Shown here piece after piece: positions 47,777 through 57,400 of a stretch of 64,000 nucleotides of DNA. The DNA is taken from assembly GCA_000092065.1 (NCBI GenBank), contig CP000582.1; one strand, 5' to 3'. Below the pieces are notes generated by a model. The model saw only the letters and a program-made list of their open reading frames with translations. It did not search any database and was not told the origin of the DNA. This DNA is from Ostreococcus lucimarinus. Taxonomy: Eukaryota. Position 1 is the stretch's first letter. Each line of letters begins with the position of its first letter. A program made the translations under genes and the position numbers.

Positions 47777-49480
47777 ATGTCTCGACGCGCCGACGCGCGC
47801 GCCGACGCCGCGCTCGGCGCGTACGCGTACGTCGACCTCGCGGGCGCGACGCAGGGGCCGTTCGCCGCGCGCGCGCTCGCGCGGTGGCACGAGGACGGGT
47901 TTCTCGAGCGCGCGCTCGCGCTGCGGCGCGACGGCGACGGACGCGAGACGACGGTCGGCGACGTCGTCGACGCGCTGCGCGCGCGCGATCGCGCGCGCGA
48001 CGAAGAGGACGACGACGCCGACGACGCGCGCGCGCGCGAGGGCGAGGGCGCGAGCGACGGCGTCGCCGATGACGATCGCGACGACGGCGGCGCGCGCGGC
48101 GACGACGCGAGGGCGAGCGCGTTGGACGATCGACTGTCGCGGTTGCTCGCGATCGGCGGCGGCGAGCTCCCGCGCGCGCGCGCGGTGACGCCGGACGTCG
48201 CGGAGGAGGGCGGGTGCGAGGACGCGGCGGCGCGGGATGCGATGGGATCGGAGACGGCGGGCGACGACGCGCGCGCGAGGGCGTACAGACGGCCGAGAGG
48301 GTGGCGGGACATCCTGCGCGCGACGCGGGAGAGGGTGCGGCGAGGACGGGCGGCGATGGGGGAACCGCTGGGCGAGGAGGACGAGACGGGGACGTGGAGC
48401 GCGGCGGTGAACGCGCGGTTGCGGGATCCGCGGCCGGACGGGCGCGCGCGGGGGACGGAACCGGACGAGGAGGGCGCGCTGCCGGAGGAACCCGCGCCGA
48501 TCGATCTTCGCGAGCCGTTTTGGGTGATTGAAGATCGCGCGCGAATGGACGGTGAGCTCGACGCCGAGCGTTTGAACGCCGCGGTGGCGGAGCAGTTGCG
48601 AAATACGTCAAAGCCGCCGGCGAGCGGCGACGCGAGGAGCGACGATTCAGACGTGAGTTGGAGCGGGAAGCCGGGAGGCTTGGAACGACAGGCTGCGCGC
48701 GCGGCGGAGCGCGCGGCGCTCGAAGCGGCGCAGCGCAACGCGCGCGAGGCTGCGGCGAGGACGGAGCGGGCGGAAGACGCCGCGGCGGTCGAAGAAGACG
48801 AAGCCGCGCGCGCGCGAGCGGCGACGGAGGAAGCGCGACGAAGACGACACGAAATGGAGCAATACTTTGCCGCAAATCCTTACGCCGGCGAGTGGTGGTT
48901 GACGGAACAAGAAAACGACGGAAAGTTTACGCTCGGACCGTTTGCGTACCACGAGCTGCTGGAAAGGCTTCCTCACGTCGCGGTGGCGCATCGCAGGGAC
49001 GACGACGCGTGGCGCGTGGTGGGTCCGTACGCGGCGCGCGAACGCGTCGAGGGTTACGGACGCAACATGGACGGCGCGGTGCTTTCGTTCGACCGTGATG
49101 AGGCTGATGCGGACGCGGCGGCGTCGCGCGATATGGAGACGGAAGCGTGGTTCGACGTCGTCACGTCTGTCATTGACGTAGAGGGCGAAGTACAAAATGC
49201 GCTCTCGCGAAACGTCGGCGACGAAAAGGATGTAAACGCGTGGTTCGATAGAGAAATGTCGAAAGTGAAACTTCCACCGGGAATCGCACCGATGAAATCG
49301 GTGAAGTCGACGCAACGAAAGCGTCGTCGCGGCTTTGAAACGCGCGTCGTCGCCAACGAAACTCAAAACCTTGCGTCGGCTCGCGTACTCGGCGATCTGT
49401 ACCAAGCGGTGACGAGGAATCGAAAACGACTTTTCGCGGCGATCATCGAGCCCGTGTTGGACGAGTGGGAACGCGAATAG
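47777..49480 (+). CDS. GYF-domain protein with extreme R/A/D/E low-complexity linkers
   Basis: ATG at 47777 (MSRRADARADAALGAYAYVDLAGATQGPFAARALARWHEDGFL = GYF-like). A second GYF-like segment is EWWLTEQENDGKFTLGPFAYHELLERL. Track residues encoded by 46946..47776 are antisense of PIGV and were rejected. Confidence 0.65.
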   Translation: MSRRADARADAALGAYAYVDLAGATQGPFAARALARWHEDGFLERALALRRDGDGRETTVGDVVDALRARDRARDEEDDDADDARAREGEGASDGVADDDRDDGGARGDDARASALDDRLSRLLAIGGGELPRARAVTPDVAEEGGCEDAAARDAMGSETAGDDARARAYRRPRGWRDILRATRERVRRGRAAMGEPLGEEDETGTWSAAVNARLRDPRPDGRARGTEPDEEGALPEEPAPIDLREPFWVIEDRARMDGELDAERLNAAVAEQLRNTSKPPASGDARSDDSDVSWSGKPGGLERQAARAAERAALEAAQRNAREAAARTERAEDAAAVEEDEAARARAATEEARRRRHEMEQYFAANPYAGEWWLTEQENDGKFTLGPFAYHELLERLPHVAVAHRRDDDAWRVVGPYAARERVEGYGRNMDGAVLSFDRDEADADAAASRDMETEAWFDVVTSVIDVEGEVQNALSRNVGDEKDVNAWFDREMSKVKLPPGIAPMKSVKSTQRKRRRGFETRVVANETQNLASARVLGDLYQAVTRNRKRLFAAIIEPVLDEWERE

Positions 49481-49533
49481 CTCATCTAGTATACTGTAGA
49501 TTTCAACTCAATGCTCTAAATGTCTGCTATAAG

Positions 49534-52017
49534 TTACTCGGGGTCGGATGGCGTCGTCGCCTTCGCCTTCACCGTGAAACGCGGCGTTTCGCGTCCAGGT
49601 GGACGGGGACGAGGTAACAGCGCTTTTCGACTCCATTTGATGCTTCCACGCGCGTCCTTCTTGACGCACTTCACCTCGACTTGATCGCCCACCGAATAAA
49701 CGTCGGATACATTTTCGGTGTGCTCGTGCGCAATTTCGCTCACGTGCAACAGCCCATCGTCGCCGGAAGCGGTAGTGAGCACGCAACCGAAAGGTAGCAC
49801 TTCTTTCACCGTGGTGGCGTACGTCTTGCCGACTTCTACGATGGAATTCTTCAAGTTTTCGATGTGCGCGATGGCGGCGTCGTACGACGCTTTATTTTGT
49901 CCAAACACAGCCAAGTCACCATCGTCGTTAACGACGGAAACCTTTGCCCCGGTTTCTTTTTCTAAAGCCTTAATATTCGAACCTTGAGGGCCGATAAGTT
50001 TCCCGATCAACGCCGGCGGCAGCGTCGCTCTGCCATAGCGAGGCGCGGAGTCCTTCATCACAGATTTTGGCTCGCTCACGGCGCGCTCCATTACGTCGAT
50101 GACTTTCTGCCTCGCCGCTGACGCGCGATCGAGCGCTTCGATGAGAATATCCAACGGAATGCCCGCAGGCTTACAATCGAGTTGAATGCCAGTGACGCCC
50201 GAACGTGTGCCCGCAATTTTAAAATCCATATCCCCTAAAACATCTTCGAGACCCATGATGTCGTCCATGAGCGCGTACCGCTTGACCTCGCCCGTTTCCT
50301 CGTCTTCGTCCATGACGAGACCGATCGAAATTGCGCCGACGTGCTCGGTGAGCGGCACGCCTGCATCCATGAGCGCCATGGATCCCGAGCACACGGCAGC
50401 CATAGAAGACGAACCGTTGCTCTCGAGAGTCTCGGTGTTCACGCGCACCGCAAATGGGAAAGCGTCCTCATCCGGAAAGACTCCCAAAAGCGACTTCTCC
50501 GCGAGTGCGCCGTGTCCAACCTCGCGCCGTGAAAGCCCCCTCGCACCGGTTTCGTTCACAGAAAACGAAGGGAACGAGTAGTGCAACATCAGACGCTTGG
50601 ACGTTGGACCCGTTAAATTGTCCAACCGCTGCGAGTCTTCGAGCGAGCCCAAGGTGACGGTGGCCAGCGCCTGCGTGTTCCCGCGCTCAAATAGTGCGCT
50701 GCCGTGCACGATGGGCATCGTTCCAGTGACACCGTCGAGATTGCGAAGTTCGTACACACCGCGTCCGTCGACGCGCACGCCCTCGTCGAGAACTCGTTCG
50801 CGAAGCACGCGACCGCACACGGCGAAGTACGCCGAACCCAACATGGCTTCGCTCACCTCACCACTCTCCATCCACTCCGGATGGCTATCCATGAGTTCGC
50901 GCACGACTTCGCTTTGTAGCTCCGCCATTTTACGCCCACGCTCGTGTTTATCCTGAATGTGCTCTTCGTAGAGCGCGACTAATCGCGCCTTGGCGACGTC
51001 GTAGCACGCGCGTTTCATCTCCGCCGTCACGGGAGCCGCCGCGAGCTCTTGCTTGGGCTTACCTATCTCGTTTGCGAGCGCGATTTGAGGAGGTATCAAC
51101 TCACGCACGGCTTCGTGCGCTTTTCGCAGCGCATCGGCGACTAAAGTTTCCTCCAAGCCCCCAGATTTATTACTCTGCGCCTCGATCATCAACGCTCGCG
51201 CTTCGTTCCCGGCGTAAAACAGAGTGAAATCTGAACTCTCCACCACCTCATCCGACGGCGAAACTATGATTGCTTTATTCACCACCGCCACTCGGACCGC
51301 GCCGATGGGTCCATTCCATGGAATGCTCGACGCCGTCAACGCCGCGCTCGCTCCGTTCACCGCCAACACCGCCGGATCCTCCACGCCGTCGCTCGCCATG
51401 ACGACGCACTGCAACATCACCTCCTTGGCGAAATTCTTCTCAAAAAGCGGCCGAGTCGCCCTATCGATCACCCGCATCGCCAGTATCTCCCTCTCTTTCG
51501 GCGCGCCCTCGCGTCGCGTGAACGTCGACGGAATCTTCCCCTTCGCGTACGACCGCTCGCGATAATCCACCATCAACGGCGCGAACCCTTTAATCAACGA
51601 CCCGTGATCGAGCTCTCGACTCGCCGTCGCCGCGCACAGCGCCACCGTTTCCCCACTGTACGCCAGCACCGCCCCATCCGTCAGCCGCGCGAGTCGTCCG
51701 CTTTCAAACGTGACTCGTCTCGGCGTCGCCGCGTTCGCGTCGCCGTCCTCGCGGCTCGTCGTCGCGCGCGCCGTCGCGCCCGGAAACTTTCCCTCCGTCG
51801 ACGACGACGCGCTCGCCGCGAACGCGCGCGTTCGTCCGCGCGTCTCCGTCTTCGCCGCGGCCGCGCCGTGCGTTCTTCCGCGCGTCGTCGTCGTCGATCG
51901 CGTCGCGCCGTCCGCCGCCACCGCGACGAGCGTCTTCGTCGCGTCCGCGCGCGCGCGAAGCGTCGCGTCGCGGCCGAACGCGCGCGCGAGCGCTCGCAGG
52001 GCGTTCGCGCGCGGCAT
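49534..52017 (-). CDS. PNP: Polyribonucleotide nucleotidyltransferase (PNPase), organellar
   Basis: Two RNase PH domains are present, plus KH (IGKLIGPQGSNIKALEKETGAKV) and S1 (VGKTYATTVKEVLPFGCVLT..GLLHVSEIA). My best start is ATG 52017 (MPRANALRALARAF..); the alternative is 52098. Track residues above that are antisense of the neighbouring NMO gene. Confidence 0.93.
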   Translation of the reverse strand: MPRANALRALARAFGRDATLRARADATKTLVAVAADGATRSTTTTRGRTHGAAAAKTETRGRTRAFAASASSSTEGKFPGATARATTSREDGDANAATPRRVTFESGRLARLTDGAVLAYSGETVALCAATASRELDHGSLIKGFAPLMVDYRERSYAKGKIPSTFTRREGAPKEREILAMRVIDRATRPLFEKNFAKEVMLQCVVMASDGVEDPAVLAVNGASAALTASSIPWNGPIGAVRVAVVNKAIIVSPSDEVVESSDFTLFYAGNEARALMIEAQSNKSGGLEETLVADALRKAHEAVRELIPPQIALANEIGKPKQELAAAPVTAEMKRACYDVAKARLVALYEEHIQDKHERGRKMAELQSEVVRELMDSHPEWMESGEVSEAMLGSAYFAVCGRVLRERVLDEGVRVDGRGVYELRNLDGVTGTMPIVHGSALFERGNTQALATVTLGSLEDSQRLDNLTGPTSKRLMLHYSFPSFSVNETGARGLSRREVGHGALAEKSLLGVFPDEDAFPFAVRVNTETLESNGSSSMAAVCSGSMALMDAGVPLTEHVGAISIGLVMDEDEETGEVKRYALMDDIMGLEDVLGDMDFKIAGTRSGVTGIQLDCKPAGIPLDILIEALDRASAARQKVIDVMERAVSEPKSVMKDSAPRYGRATLPPALIGKLIGPQGSNIKALEKETGAKVSVVNDDGDLAVFGQNKASYDAAIAHIENLKNSIVEVGKTYATTVKEVLPFGCVLTTASGDDGLLHVSEIAHEHTENVSDVYSVGDQVEVKCVKKDARGSIKWSRKALLPRPRPPGRETPRFTVKAKATTPSDPE

Positions 52018-52101
52018 CGGACGGCGCGTCGAGGTGTGCGGACGCGTCGCGCGCGTCGTCGTCACTCGTCGACGCGTTCGCATCGCATCGCGACGCATCG
52101 G

Positions 52102-53142
52102 ATGGCGCGACGCGCGCGCCTGCGCACGCGGCTCACCGATCTCGTTCCCGGACTCGAGCATCCCGTGACGCAGGGCGGCATGCACCACGTCGCGTACGCC
52201 GCGCTCGTCGCCGCGGTGTCGAACGCCGGCGCGCTCGGCACGCTCACGGCGCTGACGCAGCCGACGCCCGAGGATCTGCGACGAGAGATCGCGCGAACGC
52301 GCGCGATGATCACGCGGAGGAGCGAAAAGAGTAAGAGCGGATACGCGCCGTTCGCGGTGAACTTCACGCTGCTGCCGGCGCTGCGACCGCCGGATTACGA
52401 ATCGTACGCGAGGGTGATTTGCGAGAGCGACGTCGAGGTGGTGGAGACGGCGGGAGCGAATCCGGGGAAATTCATCGAGATGTTCAAGAAAAAGGGGATA
52501 ATAGTGATACATAAGTGCACGACGCTGCGACACGCGCTGGCGGCGGAGCGGTTGGGGGTGGACGCGGTGAGCGTGGACGGGTTCGAGTGCGCGGGACATC
52601 CGGGGACGAACGACGTGGGGGCGATGGTTTTGTTGGCCAAGGCGCGAGACGTGCTGACGGTACCGTTTCTAGCGTGCGGGGGGATAGGAACTGGGAGGCA
52701 ACTCGCGGCGGCGCTGGCTTTGGGCGCGGATGGGGTGTGCATGGGGACGAGATTTATGGCGACGCGCGAGGCGCCGATTAAGGATGGCATCAAACGCGCG
52801 TTAATCGCCGCCGACGAGAACCAAACCACGCTCGTCATGACGACGGTGAAGAATCACGAGCGGGTGTATAAGAATAAAGTCGCCGAAGAAGTGCGCGCGA
52901 TCGAGGCGGTGAAGCCCGGAGACTTTGGCGCGATTCACCATTTAGTGCGCGGGGAAAACTATCGCGTATCGTTTCAGGAAACCGGCGACGCCGAATCGAG
53001 CGTCTGGAGCGCCGGATGCGTCATGGGTCTCATCGACGACGCCCCATCGTGCGACGAACTCCTCACGCGCATCATCGACGAGGCTGTGGACGTGATGACG
53101 ACGCGACTACATCGCATGATTGTCGTAGACGCCGCGCTCTGA
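52102..53142 (+). CDS. Nitronate monooxygenase / 2-nitropropane dioxygenase family (FabK-like FMN oxidoreductase)
   Basis: ATG at 52102 (MARRARLRTRLTDLVPGLEHPVTQGGMHHVAYAALVAAVSNAGALGTL). NMO blocks are VNFTLLP, VVETAGANPG, GVDAVSVDGFECAGHPG, FLACGGIGTGRQLAAALALGADGVCMGTRF. Confidence 0.88.
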   Translation: MARRARLRTRLTDLVPGLEHPVTQGGMHHVAYAALVAAVSNAGALGTLTALTQPTPEDLRREIARTRAMITRRSEKSKSGYAPFAVNFTLLPALRPPDYESYARVICESDVEVVETAGANPGKFIEMFKKKGIIVIHKCTTLRHALAAERLGVDAVSVDGFECAGHPGTNDVGAMVLLAKARDVLTVPFLACGGIGTGRQLAAALALGADGVCMGTRFMATREAPIKDGIKRALIAADENQTTLVMTTVKNHERVYKNKVAEEVRAIEAVKPGDFGAIHHLVRGENYRVSFQETGDAESSVWSAGCVMGLIDDAPSCDELLTRIIDEAVDVMTTRLHRMIVVDAAL

Positions 53143-53242
53143 GCCGCGTTTCGCCGTAGAAGCTCCTTCTTCTCTCCTTCTCTTGTAGTTGACTTCATTT
53201 TCCCGCGCTCGGTCCTCGTCGTTCGCGCGCGCGCGCGCGAGC

Positions 53243-54379
53243 ATGTCGACCAAACCTTTCGACTACTCCAAATGGGACGCCATCGAGCTCAGCGACGACG
53301 AAGACAGCCATCCCGGGGCGCAATTCATCGAAGCTCAAACGCTGCGAAGGATCAAACGCGAGGCGCACGAGCACAAGGAGCGCGAGCGCATCGCGCGCGT
53401 GGACGCGCTGAAGACGAAAAAGAAGGCGCTGAAGCGCGAGATTAAAAGCGAGGAAGAGACGCTGGTGAGGACGGTGGAAACGCTGACGCCCGAAGCGGAC
53501 GGGAACGGGGACGGGGACGCGGCGAGACGCGCCGCGGAGACGGCGCGAGCGACGATCGAAGCGAAACGGACGGAACTCGCCGACGTTGAGCGTCAAATAG
53601 AGGCGTTGGAGCATCAAAAGAAGTTCAACGCGGAGGAGATGTGTTACGTGGCGAGTGAGAAGACATTGGTCGGCGCGGCGTGCAAGCCGGAGGAAGTGGC
53701 TCGAGCGCAAACGATGTCGTACGAAGAGTACGTGAAGACATACGGGGAGGATTTGGATGAAATTGCGAGCGGTAACGCGTCGATGTCGTACGGTGAGCTC
53801 GGAGAATGGTTCGCGAACGGCAAGTTGCACCTATTTTGTGAACACTCCACGGGATACTTGCTCTTGAAATCGCTTTACTTGGAGATGGAGAAGAAGACGC
53901 GCGAGGCGAGGACGTGCGCTCGGGTCGCTTTCGCTTGCAAATCCATCGGCGAATTCGCCGAGGCTGGTAAAAAGAGCGAGCGAGACGCGGCGGAACCATT
54001 TTTTAGACGACTAGACACCAACCCGGACGTCGCTCGCGAGTACGAAAAGTCCTTCGACGAGTACTTTGAAAAGCTCCGCGAGCGCGCCGAGGTCAAGCTT
54101 CGCGAGGAAGCCGCGTCGGCGTCCGCCGCCGAGCCCACGTCGCTCGAAGAAGTCCCTTTAGAAGACCGTCTCGGTCCCGGCGGTCTCGACCCGGTCGCCG
54201 TGTACGACGCCCTCCCTCGCGAGATGCGCGAAGCCTTCGATTCCGGCTCCGTCGACGCGTTGAAAAAATTTGTCAACTCCCTCCCCATGGACGAGGCTCG
54301 CGCGCACATGCGCGCGATGGTGGACAGCGGTCTTTGGGTTCCGACCCCGGGCGAGGATCCAGGCGAGGCTCTGCGCTGA
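53243..54379 (+). CDS. CDC37: Hsp90 co-chaperone Cdc37
   Basis: The real ATG at 53243 gives MSTKPFDYSKWDAIELSDDEDSHPGAQFIEAQTLRRIKREAHEHKERER, the canonical Cdc37 N-terminus. Middle and C-terminal domains follow. Confidence 0.9.
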   Translation: MSTKPFDYSKWDAIELSDDEDSHPGAQFIEAQTLRRIKREAHEHKERERIARVDALKTKKKALKREIKSEEETLVRTVETLTPEADGNGDGDAARRAAETARATIEAKRTELADVERQIEALEHQKKFNAEEMCYVASEKTLVGAACKPEEVARAQTMSYEEYVKTYGEDLDEIASGNASMSYGELGEWFANGKLHLFCEHSTGYLLLKSLYLEMEKKTREARTCARVAFACKSIGEFAEAGKKSERDAAEPFFRRLDTNPDVAREYEKSFDEYFEKLRERAEVKLREEAASASAAEPTSLEEVPLEDRLGPGGLDPVAVYDALPREMREAFDSGSVDALKKFVNSLPMDEARAHMRAMVDSGLWVPTPGEDPGEALR

Positions 54380-54494
54380 GCTCGGTCGTGTCGTCGCGAT
54401 TCCCTCGACGCGCGCGCGACCGCCTGATTTTTCAACTGTAACATCTGACCCTTCGTTTCCTCTTTCCCCTCACGCGCTCCCGCACACGCCGACG

Positions 54495-57400
54495 ATGCCC
54501 GCCGCCGACGCGGACGCGCCCGCGCGCGACGACGACGCGGGATTCGTCGTGCGCACCATCTCGAGGCGTCCGTGCGTGACCTGCGTCGCGACGCTCTTGT
54601 TCGCCGCGATAATTTCCGCCGTCGGTTTGGTGACGGGGACGCTCGAGGTGCAGACCGAAGGCTGGGAAACGCGCGGCACGCCGATCGCGAATCGCCAGGT
54701 GCCGTACAGCCTGTACAGCGAGAGCACGTTCGACGACGGCACGACGAACAACGCGTACCTGAGCGAACCGAACGCGCGACGAAAGTTGTTGTCTGGGACG
54801 CCCGACTGCGGAACGGGGGGGCAGTACGACTCGGAGAGCAACAGTAACATGGAGGACGACAACAATTTTCACTTGATATTCGAATCGACGGGGGGGGATT
54901 TGTTCACGCCGGAAGCGTTCGCGGATATGTGCAAGGCGACGGAGTCTTTCATGGATCACGCCAACGGGGGCGGCGACGGCGACGACTTTGGAAGCCTGTG
55001 CGAGCGACAGAGCGTATGCTCGAGCGCCAGCGATCCGCCGGGGACGACGTCGTCGGATTGGTCGTCGGGTGGGACGTATAAAGGAACGTGGCAGAACTGG
55101 CAGATCGAAACTTCGGGCTCGCCTTCGACGTACAGGCGATGCTCGCGGGCCTTTTCGTACCCCACGTATCTGTACATGAACACCGCCGGGGCCTCGAGCT
55201 GCGACGACTACTTAACAAACTCTGCGTTGCAAACGGCTCTGACGAATTTGAAGACATACTTACTCGCCTGCGCCCCCGTGAAGGCTGCTGATTCTGAGGC
55301 GGCTTGTTCGGGAACTTCGCCTGTGCCTTGGAAGTCGGCGGCGCTCGGTGAAGCTTTCGGCTTAAATGGCGTCACCGATTTATCGCTCACCCGCTCCATC
55401 ATCCCAACGACTGGCAACAGCGATATGATCGCAACATGGGGTTTGAACACGTGGGAAGGCGGTTGGACGTACTCGAGTTCGTATTTCAACGTGTACTATG
55501 ACACCGCTAGTTCGGACGTAAAAGACGCGTATGTCGACGAACAGCTGTTCAAAGACTTGGCGCTCGCCGTCAGCGCCATCTCCATCATTATCATCTTGAT
55601 GTGGGTGCACATGGGTTCGGTGCTATTGACCGTGGGTGGAATCGTACAAGTGCTACTGGCGTTCCCGTCGGCCATTTTCTTCACCAAGACGCTCTGTCAA
55701 CTCGACTTCTTTCCGTTTCTCAACTTCATCGGTCTTTTTGTGATCGCCGGCATCGGCGCCGACGATTGCTTCGTGATGTACGACAAGTTCCAACAGTCCA
55801 AGTGTCGGTGCGTCCCCGGGGCGAACGCTACGGAAGTCATGAAACGCGCGTATTGGGATTCCGCGTGGGCCATGTTTTTGACGTCGATGACTACGGCTGC
55901 AGCGTTCTACTCGAACGCAATCATACCCATCGCTCCCATTCGCGTCTTCGCAATTTTCATGGGCACGATGGTCATATTTGACTATCTGTATGATATCACG
56001 ATATTTGCCGCTTTGCTGGCATGGCAGCACGACGTCATCGTTGGGTACGAAAACACTGGCAAGAACACGTTTGGGTCGTGGTTTCTGGATTTTTATGGCT
56101 CAATCGCACGCTTTCGAGCCAACTGCAAGAAAGGACCACCAAAAACCCGCGACGCTGACGATGTCATCGATTCCAACCGCGAACGAAGATCGGTGGCTGA
56201 AGCTATGCTCGCAGACAAAGTGTTCCCCATCATTCACACACTCCGGTGGTTCCTCGTGGTGGCTCTCATCGGTGCTTTTGCGGGCGGCATGGTCGGCACT
56301 TTGAAGCTGTCGACTCCGCGTGACTCGGAAGTCCAATTGCTCCCTGACGACCACATGTTCACGAAATTTTCGTTCCTCAGGCGTTCAGGCTTCAAGAGCT
56401 CAACGGAGTCTCAGGTGTGGACGAAAGTTCTGTGGGGGGTTACTCCGTCGGACAATGGCGATCACTTCAACCCCGCGAGCCGAGCTTCGATTGAATGGGA
56501 CACGTCGTTCGATCTTTCACCCACTGCGAATCAAAACTGGTTGAAGACTTTTTGCAGTGACACAAAGTCGAACATGGCGAACGATAACGCAGCGTATTGT
56601 TGGTTCGAATACTTTGAAACTTGGCTCGGCTCGGCGGGTGGCCCGACCGAGTGTGGCGGCTACAAATTCATTCCAGTCCCTCAGGCCAACTTTTACAGTT
56701 GCGTCAAGTATTACGCCGATCAGAATCCAAGTGTACAGATGATGTCTCGCCCACTCTCGAACGCGTTCTACACTAGTAATGGCCAAACAAGGATGAAAAT
56801 CATGTCGGTGCAGTTCGCCACAAACGTATTGTGGACCGCGCCTACGGAAGACCTTGAAAAAGTCTGGCAAACTTGGGAGAACTATTTCGCGGCCAAGATG
56901 GCGACAGCACCAGCTGGACTTAAGAACGGGTTTCAAACGTCTGACGCATGGGCTTGGATGGATACCGTCGCTCAGATGCGAGACGGTGCGTACATCGCGG
57001 CCGGGACGACGCTCGCAATCGCTGCGGTGACGACGATGATCTCCACGCAAAACGTCATCATCACCTTGTACTCACTGTTGTGCATCTTGACGATTCTCGT
57101 CGTCACGGTCGCCGGGGTCGTTTCCATGGGCTGGAATCTCGGGTTCCTCGAAGGGATCTGTCTCGTCATCTTAATCGGGCTTTCGGTTGATTACGTCGTT
57201 CACATCGGGCACGCGTACGCGCACGCTGCTCGCCACGAAGGCGTCAGTCGTCGGGAATGCGCTCGCTCGGCGCTCAGTGTCATGGGTTTCCCCGTCCTCG
57301 GTGCGGCGTTCACAACTCTGTGCGCTGCGCTTGCGTTACTTCAAGCCGTGATCGTCTTTTTCACAAAGTTCGGCACCATCGTCGTGCTCTCCGCCGTCTT

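Noticed and set aside
47226-48875. A 549-aa minus-strand ORF, together with 47749..48738 (329 aa), antisense to the GYF-domain gene.
   Set aside because: It is pure Arg/Ala/Pro/Ser low complexity with no recognisable domain. It lies opposite a gene with GYF-like motifs. At this GC content stop codons are rare in all six frames, so length alone is meaningless.
54270-54494. N-terminal extensions of track ORFs: Patched-like 54270.., NMO 51604..52101, GYF 46946..47776, protease 35277..35897, LHCA 25335..25987, PNPase 52099..52599.
   Set aside because: I checked the nucleotides. Many track starts are TTG or GTG (bacterial start rules), the extensions overlap the neighbouring gene or an intron, and a real ATG followed by a plausible signal or transit peptide lies downstream.
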